NCBI GenBank assembly: GCA_002269645.1
Contig: NIVC01004951.1
Location: 1-30,380, forward strand
DNA length: 30,380 bases
Source of the DNA: Macrostomum lignano
Lineage: Eukaryota
Reading direction: 5' to 3'
Below the pieces are notes generated by a model. The model was not told the DNA's origin. It was given only the letters and a program-made list of their open reading frames with translations, and ran no database searches. The translations under genes were made by a program, and so were the position numbers. Within the stretch, counting starts at the first letter, position 1; each line of letters starts with the position of its first letter. Positions 16,046 to 30,380 of this stretch are shown here, one piece after another.

Positions 16046-16857
16046 ACAGACACACGTTACGAGCTATATAGACGTTAAAAGCGTCTTGAATGGTCCTAAG
16101 TGACGTTAAATTAGGTAGCGCCTCAAATGCCATCAGTGGAAAACTGACTGACCACTGAAAGAACGGTGAATTTGCTTAATGTGAAGCTGTAGTGCAGGTG
16201 TAATCGTATATTAGAATCGTGATTTGCAATCATCATTTGCTACCAAGCGTGCATCGAATCGCGAGATTAGTAAAAAGAATAACGAAGTACTGACTAACAT
16301 TGAGAACAACAATAAAATATCTGCTCATTATTTGAGAGAATCTGCGATCAAAAATGTGTAACTATGGAGATGATGTGAAGATACAGGTAGTAAGATAACA
16401 CTATTTTGTCCGTGATGGTATAGTGAAAAGCTCAAAATTGAGATAACTAATCATCTTAATGAGCGTAGTAAACATCTTTGCGAATTGGTAATGACTTAAA
16501 ATATAGTGAGGTCGGGCAAAGTGCTCTGATCCAAAGTGACTAAATTTAACGGTTGTAAAAGAAAAAGCTAGTCAATTTGGTGCCATCTAGAGCAGCTATT
16601 AGGTGTTGTATTTGAGAGACAATGAGACTTTGCTTTTAGCTCGTAGCATGATGCGCAAGAAACACTGCCCTGTCGGAACTTTTAAGTCGCTTTTTAAGTT
16701 AAGCTTTAGCACACTATTGCTATCGATGAATGAATCTGGTGCTGATACTGACAGACAGGACGTCGAGAAACATTCGAATCGATTAAATTCTAAATATCTA
16801 ATGTCAAACAAAGAATAAACAGTAAATATTCTCTGCTGTCATTGCTGCGAGAATAGT

Positions 16858-18117
16858 TTATACGGCGCTTTCGCAACGCCCTAACGACTGCAGTCTGATA
16901 ACATTGGCGCCCTGTCCTACAGCGTGCATTCGTCGCCTACCACCAACGCTGGCCGTGGCGCTAGCGGTGCCGCCGGTGACTCCACCGCCAGCGCCGCCGT
17001 TCGCTCCTGCGCCTCCTTGGCAACGAAAGGTGCAGATAATAATCTTGCGAAACTTCGGGCAGGACATGAAAAGATAGATCGGATTCACGGCGCAGTTGGA
17101 CAGGGCTAGGCAGCTTATCGCGTCCTCAATCAGTATAAACACGGAGGTGTCCACTCCGGTAGACAAGGCAGCCACCAGTCCGAACGATTCGCCGTTAATA
17201 AGAGCCATTATGTTCCGAATCTGCATGGTCAGATGATGCGGCAGCCAGGAGACGGCGAATATGCTAGCCATTGTGACGCCAAGGCGCATAATCTTCTTAG
17301 TGCGATTAACCGCCGCGTTGTTGTTAAACTGCACCAGCTGGGAGTTCACCTCGCGTACGGTTCGGATTATCTTCGCGTAGCTATAGATTATTATGCTCAA
17401 GGGCAAGACGTACAGCAGCATAATGCTGACTGCATCATACACTACGGCCATTAAGCGACTATTCATATTCTGCAGGCACATCTGCGTCAGCTGGGTAGCG
17501 TTGCTGAGTGGCGCAAATGAGAATGACATTAGGCTGCTTACATCGGTAACGCGAGAGAACTTAGCTACAGGTGAGCCAAATGAGATTGCTACCAGCCAAA
17601 CTACCAGAATCATCTTGCAGGAAGTTGTTCGCGAAGCCTTGCTGTTGCTGGCTAGTCGGTTTGCGCTGATACCGATGGAGCGCTCCAGAATCATTGCCGT
17701 ATGATTAAAAATGCTGGCCGCAGCTGTTGACACCATAGCCGTTTCAACTAGTCGGCAGAGTCCTTCTCCCAGCGTCCAGTGGGTAGATACAATTTTCTGA
17801 CTGGCTCCCGGTATGCAGATTGCAGTCATGAGCAGGTCGGTAAACACCAGGTTTAGTAGAAAGTATTTTTCAGAAACCCGATGCGATTTGAGTACAGCTA
17901 ATAGAAGCAAACCGTTGCTAACCAGCGAGGTGGCGCCGATGACTGCATATAGAACCAGCATCACGATGCGCCCCACCGAGATCTCTTGCACTGTGACAGT
18001 CTTGATGAAGGCCTCGACACGAAGACTGTCGTTAGCAGTCATGGTCATTAATAATTCTTCGACGCTAATCGACATGCTTGTGTGCGGTTTATCCAGTGCG
18101 GCTCGAGTAGTCAGCAT
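16858..18117 (-). CDS. Class A (rhodopsin-like) GPCR, neuropeptide-receptor type, 419 aa, uninterrupted ORF
   Basis: Seven hydrophobic segments; N-terminal NDS sequon; TM1 SN; TM2 LLNLVFTDL; ECL1 WTLGEGLC; TM3 end ERS (DRY position); TM4 W; ECL2 Cys; TM5 LYVLP; TM6 FAVSWLP; TM7 NCAVNPIY; helix 8 KFR. The ligand class cannot be assigned from sequence alone. Confidence 0.92.
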   Translation of the reverse strand: MLTTRAALDKPHTSMSISVEELLMTMTANDSLRVEAFIKTVTVQEISVGRIVMLVLYAVIGATSLVSNGLLLLAVLKSHRVSEKYFLLNLVFTDLLMTAICIPGASQKIVSTHWTLGEGLCRLVETAMVSTAAASIFNHTAMILERSIGISANRLASNSKASRTTSCKMILVVWLVAISFGSPVAKFSRVTDVSSLMSFSFAPLSNATQLTQMCLQNMNSRLMAVVYDAVSIMLLYVLPLSIIIYSYAKIIRTVREVNSQLVQFNNNAAVNRTKKIMRLGVTMASIFAVSWLPHHLTMQIRNIMALINGESFGLVAALSTGVDTSVFILIEDAISCLALSNCAVNPIYLFMSCPKFRKIIICTFRCQGGAGANGGAGGGVTGGTASATASVGGRRRMHAVGQGANVIRLQSLGRCESAV

Positions 18118-21100
18118 TCCCTGCTTACTGCACCGAAGAAACGAAACGTCTCCTCTTTATCAATTTTCCTTTCTCAACTGAGCTGTTGCTAAGATCACGT
18201 CAACCAATCAGGTGTCTTGTATAGGAATATACCTCTTTTTCGTCTAATACAGTCGAAAGATGGCTTCGGATACAAAATCAACTCCTTGCGCGTTAATTAA
18301 AAACGTAGAAGGTATATTTTCTGCTTTTTAGCGATATCAATCGTTGAGATATTCTTCTCTAAGTTTCTCGTTTTATCTCATTTTGACAGCAATCTTGTCA
18401 GGACTACAAAATTAAATTTAAAAGACGCTTTTTCTGCTTAGCTTAGCTACGAATCCAGAATGAACAAATTGTGAAAGAAGCGTTTTCTATAGACAGCTGC
18501 GTTTCTTTTTCGGAAGTGAAAAAATATCCTGTGCCTGCTAAGTGAATCTTTCCAAGCAGCCGAAGAATTTTGTCGGGTCTGCTTTAGTTTCTATGGCGCG
18601 TGCATGTATATGCACATACTTTTTGTCTATTCCATTCGCCTAAATTTGCTCTGGAACTGTCCGTAAGTTATAGTTTTTTGCTTGGCCTTGGGCCCTTCGT
18701 TTCATCTGTTTGAGTGCAGCGTTTTTTGGCAGTTGGGCAGTCAAATTGCAGGGTCTGCTCCCGAGGGGTCTCTTAGAATTAAAGTGACATGTTCAGACAT
18801 AGAAACAGGGGTGTATGTATCGAGATAGAATTTCTGCAAGAGACTGAATAAGAAAGACGGGCGGATGATAAGATGAAGCTGAGGCAGCGAAGAAATTCAC
18901 CCAGAAGAACTCCCTCGGAGCATTAATATGCCGTTGACAGTCAAATAGCTCAAGGGCAAAGAACTGCTCTGGCCAAGAGAAAACAGATTCTTCTTGTCCA
19001 GTTCGTCTCGACTTGCCAAATTAGTTTTGTTTTACAACTCTGTAAGCACCATCAGCACACAGTGGGTTGTCTTTGTATTTGCTTGTTCTTTCCGTCTTCC
19101 GGACTTTTTTTCTGATCCTCCGTGTTGTCCTAAGCACTGTTGGTTATGAAAACGAGTGGCTGACATTTTGCCTGTGCAACTCCCACAAATGAATCTGAAA
19201 TGACGTGCTGAGGCTCCGCCTTTAGCTTTCTCCCTCCATCCCTCCTTCCTTACCTTCTTGCCTACTTACTTATTTACTTGAGTTACTTATGTACTTCTTA
19301 CTTACTTTATTTTCAGCTTTCGAATTAACAAAATAGCCAAAGACAGCCTTTTTTGTCTAAAATTCATGTGGATAGAGTTCTATGATACACTTTTCCCTTC
19401 TGCTGCCTCTCTTCTGTTTTCTTGTTCCTTTTGATCTTTGCTGCTCATGGCCCAGTGGAGATCCAACTTACGGCTTAGTAGCACCGCAGCTGCCGAGCAT
19501 ATCCTGCAGCAAAACATATTTTAAAGCTACTAAACATTTTCCTGAGCGATCGAGCGTGTTAACACTTTGTTTTTTATAGACAGCTGTTAATGCAGATGAC
19601 CCTGTGTTCATAGGCTTGCTCCCAGGGGGGGTCAAACCCACCGATACTAAAATATCTAGAGATGGGCCACTCAGGCATATATACTTAGTAAAACAGCTTT
19701 CCACTTTCGGTTCAGTAGCAGAGAAGAATACATAAGCTATTTTATATAAAAGGCAGTTGAAATGACTTTGATCAGTTTAGAAGCCTACAAGCTTGCATGC
19801 GTAAACAGCTTGCTAATTGGTTCAGCCATAATGTACATTGGCCAGTCCACTGAAATGTACATAGCTCGCATACATAGCTGTACATAGGGCTGGAATTCCA
19901 AAGAAAGGCAATCAAAATGGGAGCAGGGCGGGCTGGGGGTTCTGTGAAAAGGCGGTTGGAGGGTTTATGCTGGGGGTAAGAGCCAGTAAATAAGCATTGG
20001 CTTTAAAAATACGTTAAAATGCTTCTGTTTAACTTACTACTGAACTGAAAGTAGCTTGCACGCAAATGTGCTGTGTAGCCCATCTAGTTATTCTAGTATC
20101 TGTGGTCAAACCCTGGCTTTGTCATTGCCAAGCAGTGTGGCGGCTAACGGAGTCGAACCAAAGTCGAAAGCCTATTTCATAGCTTAAGTAAAAAAATGAA
20201 AATTGGATTCTCGTAAATTCTGCTCGACCTATCCGCCCAAATTAGGGAAAGTTATCAATGAATCGACATTTCTTTAGAAGTAAATCGTACTCGTAATAGC
20301 TACGGCATGACACCCCGAATTGCTTGTTAAAATGTATTCAGAGCACGTACTGCTATAAAAATATATTCCGACTTCTTGGAGGCCAGAGTATAATAGAAGT
20401 ACATTGTCAGCACTGCAATTCTAGCGTCCAGCAGCTTGAGTAGACAATGAGCTACGTGATTAAAACAATGGCAGATTAGTGTGTAGCTGAGTTAAGTAAT
20501 GGCCGAAATACGATCGCGCGTTTCCTGCCTATTGTTTAACAAAGCTGCGCTGTACATTTGCTCGTTTTCGCTCAGCAAAGTCATTATTCCACGCTCATTT
20601 CACGCTGATGCATAGTTAAGGAGGGGAAGTTAGTTACTACAGGTGTGAAAGCAGTCGCGTGAGGAACTGCGTACATGGGCAGCAACTGCAAAATAATGGG
20701 AGGGGGCAAAACTAATTGCTCTTGTGTCCAGGTGACAAGCATTTCAAAGATGACAAAGAATAAGCGTGTGAAGTTTTGTGTCTTTGCTTTTAAACTGTTT
20801 ATCGTTTTAAATTTGTTTTTTAGTACACAGAACTTTTGTACAACCCTCGTCACCCTAGTTGCCTGTAAAAAAACTATGCCTCGGCACCATTGCCATATGT
20901 CCCTGATCCAAAGTCTGTCTTACAGTCTGCCTAACTACAGTTGCTTCTAGCATGAGCTTGTCTAGAGCAGAGTAAATAATCTGCCTTCATATCATATGAC
21001 ATTAAATAGCCAGGCTTGACAAAATTAGTAAGCAACCTCCTTATATGCCTCCTTCTTTGCGCCTAAGAATAACTTTCTGCTGCTCTGATAGTCATTAAAA

Positions 21101-21189
21101 TAATTCGATTTCTGCTTATGCAGCATCAGTTTTCTGCCTTTAATTTTCCTATTCTGATCCAGCAAGCAAGGACTAATAATAATATAGTC

Positions 21190-22832
21190 CTGCATCCTTG
21201 TGGGCTAGATTAGCAATCCATTCTATTCCTGCATCCTTGTGGGCTAGATTAGCAATCCATTCTGTTCCTGCATCCTTGTGGGCTAGATTAGCAATCCATT
21301 CTATTCCTGCATCCTTGTGGGCTAGATTAGCAATCCATTCTATTCCTGCATCCTTGTGGGCTAGATTAGCAATCCATTCTATTCCTGCATCCTTGTGGGC
21401 TAGATTAGCAATCCATTCTATTCCTGCATCCTTGTGGGCTAGATTAGCAATCCATTCTATTCCTGCATCCTTGTGGGCTAGATTAGCAATCCATTCTATT
21501 CCTGCATCCTTGTGGGCTAGATTAGCAATCCATTCTATTCCTGCATCCTTGTGGGCTAGATTAGCAATCCATTCTATTCCTGCATCCGTGTGGGCTAGAT
21601 TAGCAATCCATTCTATTCCTGCATCCTTGTGGCTAGATTAGCAATCCATTCTATTCCTGCATCCTTGTGGGCTAGATTAGCAATCCATTCTATTCCTGCA
21701 TCCTTGTGGGCTAGATTAGCAATCCATTCTATTCCTGCATCCTTGTGGGCTAGATTAGCAATCCATTCTATTCCTGCATCCTTGTGGGCTAGATTAGCAA
21801 TCCATTCTATTCCTGCATCCGTGTGGGCTAGATTAGCAATCCATCTATTCCTGCATCCTTGTGGGCTAGATTAGCAATCCATTCTATTCCTGCATCCTTG
21901 TGGGCTAGATTAGCAATCCATTCTATTCCTGCATCCTTGTGGGCTAGATTAGCAATCCATTCTATTCCTGCATCCGTGTGGGCTAGATTAGCAATCCATT
22001 CTATTCCTGCATCATTGTGGGCTAGATTAGCAATCCATTCTATTCCTGCATCATTGTGGGCTAGATTAGCAATCCATTCTATTCCTGCATCATTGTGGGC
22101 TAGATTAGCAATCCATTCTATTCCTGCATCCGTGTGGGCTAGATTAGCAATCCATCTATTCCTGCATCATTGTGGGCTAGATTAGCAATCCATTCTATTC
22201 CTGCATCATTGTGGGCTAGATTAGCAATCCATTCTATTCCTGCATCATTGTGGGCTAGATTAGCAATCCATTCTATTCCTGCATCCTTGTGGGTAGATTA
22301 GCAATCCATTCTATTCCTGCATCATTGTGGGCTAGATTAGCAATCCATTCTATTCCTGCATCATTGTGGGCTAGATTAGCAATCCATTCTATTCCTGCAT
22401 CCGTGTGGGCTAGATTAGCAATCCACTCTATTCCTGCATCATTGTGGGCTAGATTAGCAATCCATTCTATTCCTGCATCATTGTGGGCTAGATTAGCAAT
22501 CCATTCTATTCCTGCATCATTGTGGGCTAGATTAGCAATCCATTCTATTCCTGCATCCTTGTGGGCTAGATTAGCAATCCATTCTATTCCTGCATCCGTG
22601 TGGGCTAGATTAGCAATCCACTCTATTCCTGCATCATTGTGGGCTAGATTAGCAATCCATTCTATTCCTGCATCATTGTGGGCTAGATTAGCAATCCATT
22701 CTATTCCTGCATCCGTGTGGGCTAGATTAGCAATCCATTCTATTCCTGCATCCTTGTGGGCTAGATTAGCAATCCATTCTATTCCTGCATCCTTGTGGGC
22801 TAGATTAGCAATCCATTCTATTCCTGCATCCT
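21190..22832. repeat. 39-bp tandem array (TTGTGGGCTAGATTAGCAATCCATTCTATTCCTGCATCC), about 42 near-identical copies, ending about 110 bp before the XPG ATG
   Basis: Read directly; no spacers; explains the (LWARLAIHSIPAS)n ORFs. Confidence 0.98.
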
Positions 22833-22942
22833 TATTAGTGTAAACAACTGAAGATTGTCAGCTGATATTCTCAAGAGTTTCCGATCGATCACTCTACATC
22901 CCAACATGCGTCACTGTTTACCATTCATGCTCTCGAGTCCGC

Positions 22943-29962
<7,020 letters not shown>

Positions 29963-29967
29963 GTTTG

Positions 29968-30360
29968 CCTGGGGCGATTCTTATTGGCTGGCGATTGTGG
30001 GCAGTTCTTATTGGCTGGCGATTGTGGGGCAATTCTTATTGGCTGGCGATTGTGGGGCGATTCTTATTGGCTGGCGATTGTGGGGCGATTCTTATTGGCT
30101 GGCGATTGTGGGGCAATTTTTATTAGCTGGCGATTCTGGGCAATTCTTATTGGCTGGCGATTGTGGGGCAATTCTTATTGGCTGGCGATTGTGGGGCGAT
30201 TCTTATTGGCTGGCGATTGTGGGGCGATTCTGGCTGGCGATTGGCGATTGTGGCGCGATTCTTGTTGGCTGGCGATTGTGGGCAATTCTTATTGCTGCTG
30301 GCGATTGTGGGCAATTCTTATTGCGCTGGCGATTGTGGGGCGATTCTTGCTGGCGGTTTT
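29968..30360. repeat. 28-bp minisatellite (GGGGCGATTCTTATTGGCTGGCGATTGT), XPG intron 7
   Basis: Read directly; begins about 6 nt after the donor at 29963. Confidence 0.93.
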
Positions 30361-30380
30361 CAGTGAACATTGTGATTACC

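Noticed and set aside
21190-22832. CRISPR array, or a 13-aa repeat protein (LWARLAIHSIPAS)n
   Set aside because: No spacers. The ORFs exist only because the 39-bp unit lacks a stop in one frame; they break at 38-bp units and have no splice or start context.

Overview
This is eukaryotic (animal) genomic DNA, with GC-rich exons set in AT-rich or tandem-repeat-filled introns. The style suggests a Macrostomum-type flatworm, but that is my inference and not a database result. By hand I reconstructed four protein-coding genes that the ORF track only partly shows: (1) a 5-exon PH-domain, evectin/PLEKHB-like gene with an unusual long acidic tail (+, 1859-5178); (2) a 5-exon RUN + LIR + Rubicon-homology (RH) gene, PLEKHM1-like (+, 8696-13581); (3) a class A peptide-type GPCR in one uninterrupted ORF (-, 16858-18117); (4) XPG/ERCC5 exons 1-7, running off the right edge (+, from 22943). 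Each spliced gene has exactly one single-base-deletion frameshift in a short homopolymer, most likely long-read assembly error. About a third of the window (hand sum about 10 kb) is tandem repeat with many unrelated units. Every long intron holds an array, while the three short introns (73-91 nt) have none. Most long ORFs in the track are repeat artefacts. I found no CRISPR array, RNA gene or intact transposase, and no clear new multi-gene system. The best leads are the intron/minisatellite architecture, an array that amplifies a splice donor, and an intronic repeat that encodes a near-perfect coiled coil.
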